A stretch of DNA of 35,130 bases from Octopus sinensis (GCF_006345805.1 NW_021829916.1:1-35130); one strand, 5' to 3'. Counted from the first letter of the stretch, positions 21,570 through 33,743 are shown. A program made the numbers and translations. Notes: generated by a model not told the origin, from the sequence alone.

Positions 21570-22660
21570 TCTTTTTAGCTTACCAACGTGGTCATATTAA
21601 GAGTAGGACGTTGAAATGCTCGAAGCCCAAGAGCGCTCTAGAAGCAGAGTGGCCTGCTGAAAGACCTCAGGTCTTTAGAATTGGATGTAATTGCTGTCAG
21701 CAAGACCAGGATTTCCATCACATGCGCACTAGCCCCCATTTTCGGCAACTACCAGATCTTTGTATCTGTTAGTCGGCCAGGAATAGGAGGTGGAGTAGCA
21801 GTGCTGTTTAGGAAAGGCCTGGATCTCGAGGTAAGGCCGATCTTCTGCGACCCGGACGGTATGTTTGTGGTCCCAGACGTGAGCAATAGCAAAAATGGTG
21901 CATTTAGACTGGTGGCCGTCTACATTCCCACCGAAGCCAAATGGCTGATTTCTTTAAGTGTCTGATAGCCTTTCTGGGTACGCCTCGTCCTTTACTGTTA
22001 GTGGGGAACTGTGTCGGAAACTTAGACGCACGCTGGGATTGTGTGGGAATAGCTGATAGAAGTAGGGGTGCAAAAACCAGCACTTTGCTCGGTTGTTGGG
22101 GGAGTGCTGATATGGAAAGGTGAAAGCAAGAGTAACACATTCGATAACTTCAGGCCCATAACTCTGCTCAACACAGAGTTTTACATTTTGGCCAAGGAGT
22201 TAGCGAAGAGGTTAGCACTTGTCGAAGATTTGGTTGGGGTGGCACAAACCTGCGCAATCCCGACCAGGACCATACACGACAACCTCTACCTCATGCCATA
22301 TATCATACAATGGGTAGGGTCTAAACCTGTCTTCGGTGGGGCATTGATCCATTTAGATCAATCGAAAGCATTCGATAGGGTCGACCACCGGTACCTGGAG
22401 TCCTCAAGGCAGCTGGCTTCAGCCCTGTCTTCAGAAGTTGGATCGCTGCAAAGCACACCGGAATCTGCTCGGTAGTCAAAGTTAATGGCCACCCCGGAAC
22501 CGTTTCAGATCTCCCGATCGGTTTGTCAAGGGTGCCCTCTCTCCTCCTTTTAGCCTTTACTGCTGAGGCTGGAGGAATCGGGAGGGAGTAAAATGCCTGT
22601 CTGAGGTGCCCTTGGCGGTCGGGGTGGCCAAGATGTGTGGGGTTCCTTGGTTGGCCCCGC
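21570..22660 (+). mobile_element. Tx1/L1-clade LINE relic: AP endonuclease fused by deletion to the RT N-terminus
   Basis: LDVIAVSKTR..GGGVAVLFRKGL..FRLVAVYIP..LLLVGN (APE), then NFRPITLLNTEFYILAK..HLDQSKAFDRVDH and CQGCPLS-like (RT). Many lesions. Confidence 0.88.
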
Positions 22661-22715
22661 GAAGAACTCCCCACTTTTATTGTTCAAATTTTGTTGTTGT
22701 TTTGTTGTTTGTTTT

Positions 22716-22958
22716 GAAGGCGCGTGGCCCAGAGGTTAGAGCGTCGAGCATACGATCGTGATGCTATGAGTTCGATTCCTGGTGCCAAGCTGTGTCGGCC
22801 TTTGCTTTTCCCTTGGATAACATCAGTGGTGTGCAGAGGGGAGGCTGGTATGCATGGGCAACTGTTGGTCTTCCATAAAAACAACCTTGCTCGGACTTGT
22901 GCTTCGGAGGGTAACTTTTTAGGTGCAATCTCATGGTCAGTCATGACCGAAGGGGTCT
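22716..22958 (+). mobile_element. SINE family D, internally deleted copy
   Basis: Head GAAGGCGCGTGGCCCAGAGGTTAGAGCGTCG..GAGTTCGATTCC. The tail TTGGATAACATC...CATGACCGAAGGGGTCT is shared with the copy at 27476. Confidence 0.85.
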
Positions 22959-23017
22959 CCTATTTATATTGTACATGAATATTGTGCGTAACCCCCATTT
23001 GTCACTAGCGTCGTATC

Positions 23018-23073
23018 GTCCCCTATTTGTTTTATGTTTGGCCCTTGTGGTCAATAAAGAAAAGATTACTAAG

Positions 23074-23118
<45 letters not shown>

Positions 23119-23221
23119 TATTTCTTTACTACCCACAAAGGGCTAAACACAGAGGGGACAAACAAGGACAGACAAACGGATTAAGTCGATTACATGGAAC
23201 CCAGTGCGTAACTGGTACTTA

Positions 23222-23222
<1 letters not shown>
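23018..23222. mobile_element. Two SINE A tail-A fragments facing each other across (AAT)n
   Basis: 23018-23063 (+, degenerate) and 23118-23222 (-), with (AAT)n between them and (ATT/ATC)n from 23222 to about 23600. Confidence 0.75.
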
Positions 23223-23265
<43 letters not shown>

Positions 23266-23279
23266 CATCATCATCATCA

Positions 23280-23349
<70 letters not shown>

Positions 23350-23363
23350 CATCATCATCATCA

Positions 23364-23418
<55 letters not shown>

Positions 23419-23460
23419 CATCATTATTATTATTATTATATTATTATTATTATTATTATT

Positions 23461-23525
<65 letters not shown>

Positions 23526-23545
23526 CATTATTATCATCATTATCA

Positions 23546-23579
<34 letters not shown>

Positions 23580-23730
23580 CATCATCATCATCATTATTAT
23601 TGTTGTTGTTGTTGTTGTTTGTTTATTTATTTATTTAATTATTTTATTTATTTTATTCAACATTCAACAACTGACTGGTCAAGTTTGTGTTTCATTATCA
23701 GTTCTTTATTTTCCGTCAATCTGTCCAACA

Positions 23731-23758
23731 TTATAAAAATCCGCATTCCAGATTGAAG
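23731..23758 (-). CDS. Candidate terminal coding exon (N)FNLECGFL* of an unidentified minus-strand gene
   Basis: Strong acceptor TTTTCTTTTTTCCCCTAATCCTCTTGACGTCACTCTATCCGTTTCAG in a unique-sequence island. TAA at 23733-23731 and AATAAA at 23710-23705. The frame is set by the 46-nt exon; an alternative frame gives SIWNADFYNVGQIDGK*. Confidence 0.4.
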
Positions 23759-23989
23759 CTGAAACGGATAGAGTGACGTCAAGAGGATTAGGGGAAAAAA
23801 GAAAATAAATAAATAAATAAATAAAAAAATGAAGAAACAAAACAAAACCCAAACTAAAGTCAAAATAAAACAATAAAACAAAACAGAGAATGAAATAAAT
23901 AACACAAAACAAAAGAGAAAAGAGAATAAACGAAAACAAAGAGAAACGCTTGGGGGGGGGGATAACAAAAAAAGAATAAAATAGCTACA

Positions 23990-24376
23990 AAACAATTCTC
24001 TCGCATCCTCTCTCTCTCTCTTTCTGTCTCTCTGTCTCCCTCTCTCTCTCCCTCTCGTCTTTCGCTGCTTCTCTTTCATTCTCCCGATCTCTTTTCTTCC
24101 TCTCCTTTCTGACTTTTCTCTCTTTTCTTTTCTCTCTTTTTCTTTCTGCAACGTATGCTTTTTCTCTCTCCTTTCTTTCATTCTTTCTCTCTCTTTCTCT
24201 CTCTTTCTCTCTCTCTCTCTCTCTATCTCGCTCTCTCTCCCTCACTGACTCTCTCTTTCTCTGCTTCTCTCTCTCTCTCTCTCTCGCTCTCTCTTCCTCT
24301 CTGACTATGTCACTCTCTCTCTCTCCCTCTCTCCCTCTCTGCAACTGTGTCTTTCACTGTCTCTCTGTCACTGTGT

Positions 24377-24416
<40 letters not shown>

Positions 24417-24511
24417 GTCACTGCATGTGTGCCTGCCCCTCTGTCACTATCTCTCTCTCTCCTTCGCTCTGTTACTGTGTGTGTGTCTCTCTCTTTCTGG
24501 CACTCTCTCTA

Positions 24512-24542
<31 letters not shown>

Positions 24543-24560
24543 ACCTCCCACCTTACCCCT
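23990..24560. repeat. (CT)n-rich low-complexity tract
   Basis: Direct reading. Source of the RE-rich and SL-rich ORFs. Confidence 0.9.
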
Positions 24561-24654
24561 TGCTAGTCTTTCACTACTCTCGCCGTCGCCGTTGTTGTTG
24601 ATGTTTGTTTTTCTACTTCTTTTCATTTCTTTTTCCGGAAGTAGATAATCTTAC

Positions 24655-24700
24655 TTCCGGCAGCGACAAGTTATTGAAACAGTGGCATTAACATTCCGCT
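24655..24700 (-). CDS. Candidate 46-nt internal exon RNVNATVSITCRCR
   Basis: Acceptor TTAATTTCTGTTCATATTTGTAAACAG and donor GAA|GTAAGA. Only one of three frames is stop-free, and its phase joins the 23758 exon. Confidence 0.45.
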
Positions 24701-24727
24701 CTGTTTACAAATATGAACAGAAATTAA

Positions 24728-24945
24728 GGCAGCAAACCGGCCGAATGGTTAGCACGCCGGACAAAATGCCTGGCTGCATTTAAGCATTCTTAATATTCTG
24801 AGTTCAAATTCCGCTGAGGTCAACTTTTCCTTTCATCCTCTCTGGGTCAATAAAATAAGTACCAGTTACACACTGGGGTCAATCTAATCTACTAACACCC
24901 TCCTCCGAAATTGCTGGCCTTGTGCCAAAACTTGAAATCAATATG
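24728..24945 (+). mobile_element. SINE A (tail B type), diverged
   Basis: GGCAGCAAACCGGCCGAATGGTTAGCACGCCGG...CTGAGTTCAAATTCCGCTGAGGTCAAC...GGCCTTGTGCCAAAAC. Confidence 0.85.
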
Positions 24946-25077
24946 AAGAGAAATTTATTTATTTCTCTCTACCTTTGTTTTTTTTTCTTTCTATTTCTTC
25001 TCTTCCTTCGTAACCTTTCTTTCCATCTTTCTTCATTTCCTTCCTTCTTTCCTACTTTCTTTCTTTTTTCCTTCCTG

Positions 25078-25215
<138 letters not shown>

Positions 25216-25624
25216 GATTTATCTTTTCCTTTCTTTCTTTCCTTCTTTCTTTCTTTTTTTTCCTCGATTAATAGTGCATCCGCACTAGTAACGGCTACAG
25301 TAGTAGTAGTAGTGGTAAATTGTGGTGGTGGTGGCGTTGGTGGAGGCGGCGGTAGGGGGTAATGGTGGCGGTGGTGGTGATGGTGGAAGTACTGTTGGAG
25401 TACCGATAAAATAAGTACCTTTAATATGACGATGTCGGTTTAATGGACTGCGATAACAACAACAACAGCAACAACAACAACAGCGACGAACGACGATAGA
25501 AACAACATCAACAACAAGAGATCTTATCTCAACACGGCAACAAGAACAACATCAATAAAAGGCAACATCTTTAAAATGAAAAAAAAAACCCCCAGAAAAA
25601 CACGAAATTAAATGCATGATTTAG

Positions 25625-25810
25625 GGCAGGCATAAGCAAACTGCGACCCAAGGGACTTTTTGAATGGCAGGCCTAATCTTACGAGGAAAATAAAGTTTAT
25701 TAAAGATTTTGTAGTAGGGCCCAATTGATGAGGTGTTATGTCTCATGCGGCCCATTTCTTGAAAAACGTGGCCCGTGTCTAATATAGGGCTTGAGCTATA
25801 TAAGTGCCCC
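25625..25810. mobile_element. Possible degenerate hAT-type MITE
   Basis: The left end CAGGCATAAGCAAACTGCGACCC resembles hAT/Charlie MITE ends, with GGCCC motifs inside. No clean right TIR or TSD. Confidence 0.3.
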
Positions 25811-26088
25811 TTTTCTGAAGCTTATAAAAGAATCCCAACAAACTAGTGGGGTACGTTCACTCCCATTGTTTATTTGTGAGTTCCTAATAATTATTGTTGT
25901 GTTCGGTTTAGAATATTCTTCTATTCCTGTATTCTCTTAGTCGCATGACTTGTTCTTCAGTCATTGATCAGCGGCCATGCTGGGGCACCACATTGAGGGG
26001 CATATGTAAGCAAATCAACCCACAGTATTTATCATTTTTGATTGATATTTACCATGTCGGCGTCTAGGAGCGGTCACACTCAAGGATG

Positions 26089-26119
<31 letters not shown>

Positions 26120-26479
26120 ACACATACATACATGTACGCACGTATGCGCGCGCGCACGCACGCACCAAATGACAGCAATAATAACGAGAAGAGCAAGAAC
26201 AATAGACAACGAGTTCAGAAAGTCGCTGCAGAACCTGATAAAATGTATCGCGGTAATTGTTCTAACTCTTTGCGCTTCGAGTTCAAATCCTCCCAAGGTC
26301 AGTAGTGCAATTTATTTTTCAAGGAACAATTAAAAAGTACAAATCTAAGATGGTGGATGCGGAGAGACGTATTTTTTCCGGGTATTTTTTCGGTTCTTTG
26401 CGTTCTGATTTCAAATCCTACGATGGTCCACAAAGTGGGTGGTAGAACTTATCTGTCTTCGGTTTAACATCACCATTTA

Positions 26480-27435
26480 TTGGGTTGGCAACTAAGTTTC
26501 CGCGGTTTTTTTTTATTTAAATTTTTTAAAGGTTTCATAAAAAAATAACAACTAATTAATCAATAATATATTCACCCTTGTTGTTTACAACTTCTTCCCA
26601 ACGTTCAACAAGATTTTCAATACCTCGTTGGTAGAAATCACTCGATTTCGACTCGAAAATTGATCCAACCAAGCTCTCAATTCTGCATCAGTATTGAATG
26701 AAACTCCACGCATAGCATTTGAAAGAGATCGAAAGAGGTGGAAATCGGTTGGTGCCAAATCAGGAGAGTACGGCGAGTATGGCAGCACTTCCCAGCCATA
26801 CGTCTGAATGGCTTCCTTGGTCATATTGGCGATATGAGGGCGGGTGTTGTCGTGCAGCAGAACTCCATGCTGCCGATTAGGTCTTTTCTCTTAAATAGCC
26901 GTGTTGAGTCGTTCCATCTGTTCCGCGTTGACCGTTTGGTTCCGTTCAAGCAATTCGTAATGAATAATCCCTTCCCAGTCCCTCCATACGTACAACATCG
27001 TTTTACGCGGTGGTTTCACGATAATTTTCGTGCAGAAGTTGGTTTAATTGCTCTTCATTGAACTCAGCTAGTCGGCCTTTGAGATGCGTCTTTGAATCAA
27101 AATTTCCATTTTTGAACTTGACATACCGATTACAAGCGGTTCTTTCAGCTATGGCACCCTCTACATACACACCGCAAATGTCGCGAGCAGCTTTTGCGGC
27201 CTTAGAACCTTCATTAAAGGCAAAAAGAAGGTGGCGAAAATGCTCGTTTTTCTTAATTTGACATTCCATTTTAATGATCTGAAAATGAACAAAAATTAAC
27301 TATAATTAACTAGAAAAAAAATAGATCCCAAAATGATTCAAAAATAGAATTCTCGAAAAAAATAGATTCCAAAATTTAAAAACGCAATTAATTCCAAAAT
27401 TTTTAAAAAAGGCAGGAATTTAGTTGCCAACCCAA
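26480..27435 (-). mobile_element. Mariner transposon with an internal deletion (956 bp)
   Basis: TIRs begin TTGGGTTGGCAACTAA (first 16 bp identical) with TA on both sides. N-terminal HTH ORF 27269-27003 (MECQIKKNEHFRHLL..) and C-terminal LLHDNTRPH..YSPDLAPTDFHLF. The middle, including the WVPHEL region, is missing. Confidence 0.93.
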
Positions 27436-27475
27436 TATTTTTCTTGGGTGCCTTTAGTGAACCTTACTCAGCTGC

Positions 27476-27785
27476 GAAGGCACATAGCTCAAGTGGTTAG
27501 AGCATCGGGCTTACAATCTTGAGGTTGTGAGTTCGATTCTCAGACCGGGCTTTGCGTTGTGTTCTTGAGCAAAACACTTCATTTCACGTTACTCCAGTTA
27601 ACTCAATGTTACTCCAATGAGCTGTGAGTTGTATTGGCCTTTGTCTTTCACTTGGATAACATCAGAGACGTGGAGAGGGGAAGCTGTTATGCATGGTCTT
27701 CATTGAACAAACTTGTCCGGACTTGTACCTGAGAGGGTAATATTCTAGGTGCAATCCCACGGTCATTCATGACTGACGGGGGTCT
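27476..27785 (+). mobile_element. SINE family D, longer copy
   Basis: tRNA-like head TAGCTCAAGTGG..GAGTTCGATTC, core shared with 11944, tail shared with 22716. Confidence 0.85.
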
Positions 27786-27853
27786 ACTCTTCGTTTAGTT
27801 GTAAGCATTTGGGATATGCCTTTGCTTTGAAGGTATCTTTCTTTCTTTCTCAC

Positions 27854-27901
27854 AACAGTCTCAGAGGCCTTTGTAAAGGATAGTAGACACTGTGTTCCTG
27901 C
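27854..27901 (-). other. Candidate 48-nt exon
   Basis: Acceptor CTAATTTTTGTTTTTGTTTGTCAG and donor GTT|GTGAGA. Reading frame unresolved. Confidence 0.3.
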
Positions 27902-28269
27902 CTGACAAACAAAAACAAAAATTAGACCAGTAACAACATTAATAACGACTGCCAACATCAACAGCAATGACAACAGTAATATCAACTACAACGATGGGAG
28001 CAACAACAATAACAATAGCAACAACGACCACGGCAGCTTTTGTCTATTAACCCAAAAAACTAATATTTGTGTAAAACATTCTTGCACACAGGCACACACA
28101 TGTATATGCGTGCGCGTGTGTGTATGTTTGTGTGTGTGTGTGTGTGCGTGCGTGCGTATGTGTGTTGAAAACAAAAGTTAGCTAACTTGAGTGGCCAGTG
28201 GCATCTATTTGACTACCATGCATGAATACAGATATATCAAATATCATACAACATAAATTCTTGACTTAC

Positions 28270-28286
28270 CAAAATTATCTTCACCT
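28270..28286 (-). other. Candidate 17-nt microexon (15 nt via the adjacent AG), GEDNF
   Basis: Acceptor ACATCTTCTAG and consensus donor TTG|GTAAGT. Confidence 0.3.
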
Positions 28287-28304
28287 CTAGAAGATGTATC
28301 TTTG

Positions 28305-28382
<78 letters not shown>

Positions 28383-29256
28383 ATATGTATGTATGTATGT
28401 ATGCATAAATATATGAATATATACGTGCGTGTGTGTGTGCACGCGTGCCTGCGTTATATGCAAAGAAGTAGTATTTGGTTAAAGTAACCATTTATGTATT
28501 ATAATGCATATAACGGATTTTTATTCACCCAGGGCAACTATTCGCAATATCAGTGAATGATTTTCATTGCTTTCGGAAGCGACAAATCTCGCCTAGGTAA
28601 GCTATTGACTGTGAGTATACGCCTTTGATAAAGCTCAACGAGGCCAAAATGCACCTGGCACTCTTGCTAGATACTGCTAGAACGATCTTGATGTCCCTCC
28701 GGTATATATTTTGTCTCCAAAGCAGTTTTTAAACTTAACATCTCCATAAGAGATGCTATCACTGGACGAATGTTGCAGTAAATTTGCTTTACAGTGATGT
28801 ATTTACATCATGATACATAGATCATATATGCATGCAAATGTATATGTGTGCGTGTATAACAGTAATCACACAACAAGTGCCGAAAAAAGGGTGCTTGAGG
28901 AACGCATAGGTATGTCAGATACTTTGACGTAAAGATATTAACAGATAAATCGATTAACCAATGCTGGTTAACGGCGCACGACCTTGCAGGTGGGACTCAG
29001 TTCAATTGGTTCATTCATCACAACCATATGTGTGTGTGATATGAACAGTGAATGACCTTGCAGGTAGGGCCCAGTTCAATTGATTAATTATCTAACTGAT
29101 TGACCATTTAAAAACATTAAGTAAAACATAACCAGTGCGTGCGTTTTATTAGAGCATGACCTTCCCAAAATAGTACCCTACCAGTTTCAACATACCATTT
29201 CACATCAAGTATCTTGCAAACCATTCCAAAATGAATATAACATTGACACATTCCGA

Positions 29257-29787
29257 GGCGGCGAGCTGGCAGAATCGTTAGCACGCCGGGTGAAATGCTT
29301 AGCGGAATTTCGTCTGCCACTACGTTCTGAGTTCAAATACCGCCGAGGTCGACTTTGCCTTTCAGCCTTTCGGGGTCGATAAATTAAGTACCAGTTACGC
29401 ACTGTGGTCGATGTAATCGACTTAATCTCTTTATCTGTCCTTATTTGTCCACTCTATGTTTAGCCCCTTGTGGGTTGCAAAGAAATAAGTATTTCGTCTG
29501 CCGCTACGTTCTGAGTTCAAATTCCGCCGAGGTCGACTCTGCCTTTCAGCCTTTCGGGGTTGATAAATTAAGTACCAGTTATGCACTGCAGTCGATGTAA
29601 TCGACTTAATTCCTTTGTCTGTCCTTGTTTGTCCCCTCTATGTTTAGCCCCTTGTGGGCAATAAAGAATTAAGAAACGTTAGCACGTTTTGGGATCGATA
29701 AATTAAGTACCAGTTGCGTCCTGGGGTCGATCTAATCGACTGGCCTTCTCCCCCAAAATTTCGGGCTTTGTGCCTAGAGTAGAAAAG
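29257..29787 (+). mobile_element. SINE A trimer (head-core-tailA-core-tailA-partial core-tailB), 184-bp period
   Basis: ATTTCGTCTGCC at 29307 and 29491. Ends with tail B GGGCTTTGTGCCTAGAGTAGAAAAG. Confidence 0.9.
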
Positions 29788-30099
29788 GTTTAAGTATTGG
29801 TTGAGTAATTCGTGTACATTCAATGCATTTCTCAGTCAAAATCAATGTGTGGTAAAGTCCACCTTTGGATTACAGGTGCAGTCTATTTGACGAGCATAAA
29901 AGTTTCGGTCGACCCTTTTTTAAGCACAAGATTCGGGCCGTCCTGGGGATGAGGTAAAATATGTGACCAAGATTTCACTCTATGAGATTGAACCTAGGAA
30001 CTGCTGATTGTATTTGATGGTGGCTGCACCCACACCATGACCATTGCTGCAGCTATTAAGAACATAAACAAAAACAACACCGGCCGCCACCGACCTCAT

Positions 30100-30173
30100 C
30101 ACCACCACCACCACCACCACTACTACTACAATACCTACTACTACTTTTACTACTACTACTACTACTACTGCAG

Positions 30174-30210
<37 letters not shown>

Positions 30211-30350
30211 ACCTACTACTATTACTACTACTACTACTATTACTACTGCTGCTACTACTACTGCTACTACTACAACTACTACTGCTACTACTACTACTGC
30301 TGCTACTACTGTTATTGTCACTGCCTCTACTGTAACCATCACCATTACCA
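30100..30350. repeat. (CAC)n/(TAC)n triplet microsatellite
   Basis: Direct reading. Confidence 0.9.
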
Positions 30351-30596
30351 ATGCTACCACCACTGACAAAAACCACCACCACCACCACACAAACACTGAA
30401 AGAATAGGTTAATGGGTCGAGCTAGTGAATGTTATTATTGTTGTTGCAGCTCTTGCTTTATAGAAATATGTGGACTTGAACCCTTCATCGCATCCTTCCG
30501 GAATTCTTTAACATCTGTTCACTCTTGACACATACGGCACTTAGCGATAACAAAAACACTGCGCTAGTGTTGATTATAGCACTTCATTTCCTCAAA

Positions 30597-30635
<39 letters not shown>

Positions 30636-30779
30636 GTGGTGGTCGTCGTCGTCGTGGTGGTGGTGGTCGTCGTCGTCGTGGTTGTGGTGCTGGTGCTAGT
30701 GGTCGTCGTCGTCGTCATCGTACCATTGTTGTTGTTGGTGGTGGTGGGGTTGTTGGTGGGGGGAGTTAGCTTTTGATGC

Positions 30780-33345
30780 AGGCAGGAGTTTGATATTACT
30801 GATCTTTTGTGAGTTTCTTGCTGCGATGCATGTTCATCTGGGATCCTGGACAGCAGAACTTCTTGAAAATATCTTCTTGAAAATATCTTCCCCCTACACT
30901 ATGTAGGTATCTCCACTTTCTTTCGGCAACATATTAAAAAATCTGCAGGCTTTTGAATCCCAGGTTATTGCAGTACCTCCTTATTCTAGACGGGATGGGT
31001 TGGACCTTTGGAACAGTGTAGTGGTGCCTTGTTCGAGGGCTGATGCCAAGTTTGTTGTCAAAGATTTTCCATATGTATATCACTGCATATTTCTCCCTTC
31101 TTCGCTCCAGAGCGTAAAGCAGTAATTCTTTTTGCCTCTCTCCGTTACTCAACTGATTCATTGATGCAATCTTCTTGGTGTAGCACAACTGAACTGCCTC
31201 GATTCTGCAATTAAATCGCTGTGAGGTAACCAGTTGAATATGGTTTTGTAAAGTGTACATATCGCCCGTCACTCTTGTTGTTTAAATAAGATAAGTCGTA
31301 ACATAGTAGAAGTAATGGAAATTGTTTCTGGACGATGTTTTACTATATGTATACAAAAATTAACATAGTTGTAATGTGTCTCACTTACATTTTTATTTAA
31401 ATTATTTTTGATTGAATTAAACGTGAGTTATTTTTTAAAAGGTGGTTGAGTTTAATATTAATATGTATATAATTTTCTTTTTAATTTAAAGTAATGGGTA
31501 TAGAAATAATTTTGTTAGTTGTACTGAGGAGAAAAATTTATTAGGTTTAAGTATAGTAAAGTTTAATTTTGCCCCTTTTGCATAATGGCTAAGGAGAAAT
31601 GTGCTCCATAGGACCAGTACAGTTTCCTGGTCTCTTCTTTTGAAAGTTATCAGAATCCATTCACCTGAACATTGTCATTATCCTGGTAATACGAGGGGGG
31701 TGCTGAAAAGTTCTTGGCTTTGAGTAAAATAAAATGCTGGAGGACCTGTTAATAATGATTTTATTCAACATATTCCCCTTTCAGATTCACACACTTATTG
31801 CAACGGTCTTTATTTTTTAAAGTTTTTTCTAAGCCCTGAAAAAGAATTAGGAAGGTTGGGCCTCTAACCAGACCTTTCGCGATACCCTTAAAGCCAGGAA
31901 TTTTTTAGCAACCCCTCGTATGTACAAGAAACGAAGTATCATTGCTCAAATCAATTCCCAGGATGCGCGGTGTTTGACTCTGGGATTGCTGCTCTTTGTG
32001 GTCCAAAATGTCTTTGCTGCGGCGCCTTAACACAAACTGACTGAGAACGGAGGGTTTCAAATTTTACTTCAATAAATTGCATGTCGTTTTCTTCAGTCCA
32101 TTTCTATATGGCGTCTAGATCTTTCTGTAGAAGATTGGCACTGAGTTTCTTGACTGCTTGTGCTACTTTTGTATCGTCGGCATAGCTAATGAGAGTGGCT
32201 GTCCGCATAAGTGAAGGCATGTCGGAGAGAGCCATTACAAATAGTAACGACGCTTAGACAGATACCTGAGGCAGCCCACTTTCTATTAATGTCTGTTTGG
32301 ATAGGATTTCACTGGCTGCTACTGCCTGGTTTCTCTCATTTAAAAAGTCAAGTAACTATTCTCCCAGTTCTCCAACAATGGCGAATCCGCGTTGCTTCTG
32401 ACATATCATCTCGTGACCAACCTTATTAAAAGCCTTTGCAAAATTCTAAGCATGTCATATCCACGTTTGAATGATTCATAAGTTGCTTCAACACCCAGTC
32501 ATAATGCGGCAGAATGCAGCTTCTTCCTGAGAGGAAGCCAGGCTGGGTGTCAGGAAGCAAGTCATTATCTAGGAACGTGACCATCTTCCTCCTGACAATT
32601 CGTTCCATGGCTTTGCTGACATACATGGTTAGAGAGTAAGATGTATAATATTTAACATCTGTTCGGTTCCCTCTTTTATTGAGAGAGCGTATGTCTTCTT
32701 CTAACTTTCTGAGATGTCTAACCACTTGCAAGGAAGTTTTTGATGAGGATCTGCCGTGGTCTTAGTAGGGACCCATAGCATTTTTCAGGAGGATTACTGG
32801 TAATCCATCATGAACAGTGGTTGATTTTAAGTTCATTTCCTCAATGACAGATTTTATGTCAGTTTCCTTTATAAATCTCGGTGTAATCAATAATTGATAT
32901 CCTTTCATGTAGAACTGCACAATCAAAGAAATTGTCCGACATATTTATTATCAAGTGTCCCAACAACGATATGAAAACGCTCATGTATTGTACATTCAGT
33001 ATTTCCCTTGCTTTTAGAGGATCTGCAGACAGTGAGATATTTTCTTCGATCATTGGCTCTATCTTGTATCCTAGTGAAGCGGATGTTTTGCGAATCTACA
33101 GAAGACTTCAGGGTTTATCTTTTCATTATATTTTACAGTTCTGGCTTCTTTTTCTGCATCTCCTTTTCAAGGGAGTATTTGAGTTCATTTTCAACCTGAA
33201 ACATTGCTCGTTTGAGATAAGATTCTTCGCTGTCATTTATACGATTTGCCACTGTTGTTCGTCGTCTCATTAGAATCTTCCTGTGTCTGAGAAAAATGTT
33301 TTCCTGCCAGTTTCACATTCTTTCTATGTGCTGGAACTGGACCCG
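30780..33345 (-). mobile_element. Degenerate CR1/L2-like LINE (RT and C-terminus), interrupted by an AT-rich block and a MITE
   Basis: SKAMERIVRRKMV..QPGFLSGRSC..FCK(G)F / AFNKVGH..LISYADDTKV..LQKDLDAI, then LYALERRREKYAVIYIWKI. Multiple stops and frameshifts. Confidence 0.88.
31692..31918. mobile_element. 227-bp mariner-type MITE
   Basis: Imperfect TIRs of about 30 bp (CGAGGGGGGTGCTGAAAAGTTCTTGGCTTT versus CGAGGGGTTGCTAAAAAATTCCTGGCTTT), with TA at 31690-91 and 31919-20. Confidence 0.88.
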
Positions 33346-33743
33346 AAAGCATACAGTTAAGTAGGAAGCTGTTTCAGTCTTAATAGTGAAGCATAAAGCT
33401 AGTAGCTAGGTAAAGTTAAGTATACTATTCTACCTAATGATAAACATATTGTTCTATATTGTTTTTCCTTTTATGTTCTGCTCCAGTACGTTTCGAATTA
33501 TTTGTATCTCATCAGTGCAGATTATACAAAGTTATTGGATTTAGTTATTTTGGTAAAATTATTGTGGTAAAATATATGTATAAACATAGGTAAAAACTTG
33601 TAAACATCGTAAAAAGAATGGGTTGAAGATTAATAAAGACGTCGGAATCAAAATTCCTGTCTTTAAATAGAATAGGGAATAATAAATGTTTACAGGAATC
33701 GAAATTCCATCCTATGTTTTTATGTTCAACACTAAATATTTAC

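Noticed and set aside
23774-23781. Perfect CRE palindrome TGACGTCA, and TGACG half-sites at 5590-5860
   Set aside because: About one given octamer is expected per few tens of kb by chance, and there is no promoter context.
26053-26078. 26-nt phase-compatible exon candidate (VTAPRRRH)
   Set aside because: It lies inside a degenerate SINE B tail and the acceptor is only a TG repeat.
28529-28790. Minus-strand peptides GDVKFKNCFG and ARFVASESNENHSLILRIVAL, reminiscent of cadherin-type strands
   Set aside because: Four in-frame stops lie between them, the acceptor is weak with competing upstream AGs, and the resemblance rests on a few residues. A profile search would be needed.
30349-30395. Minus-strand 47-nt exon candidate after a good acceptor (TTAACCTATTCTTTCAG)
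   Set aside because: The body is low-complexity (GTG)n, which is indistinguishable from a pseudo-exon.
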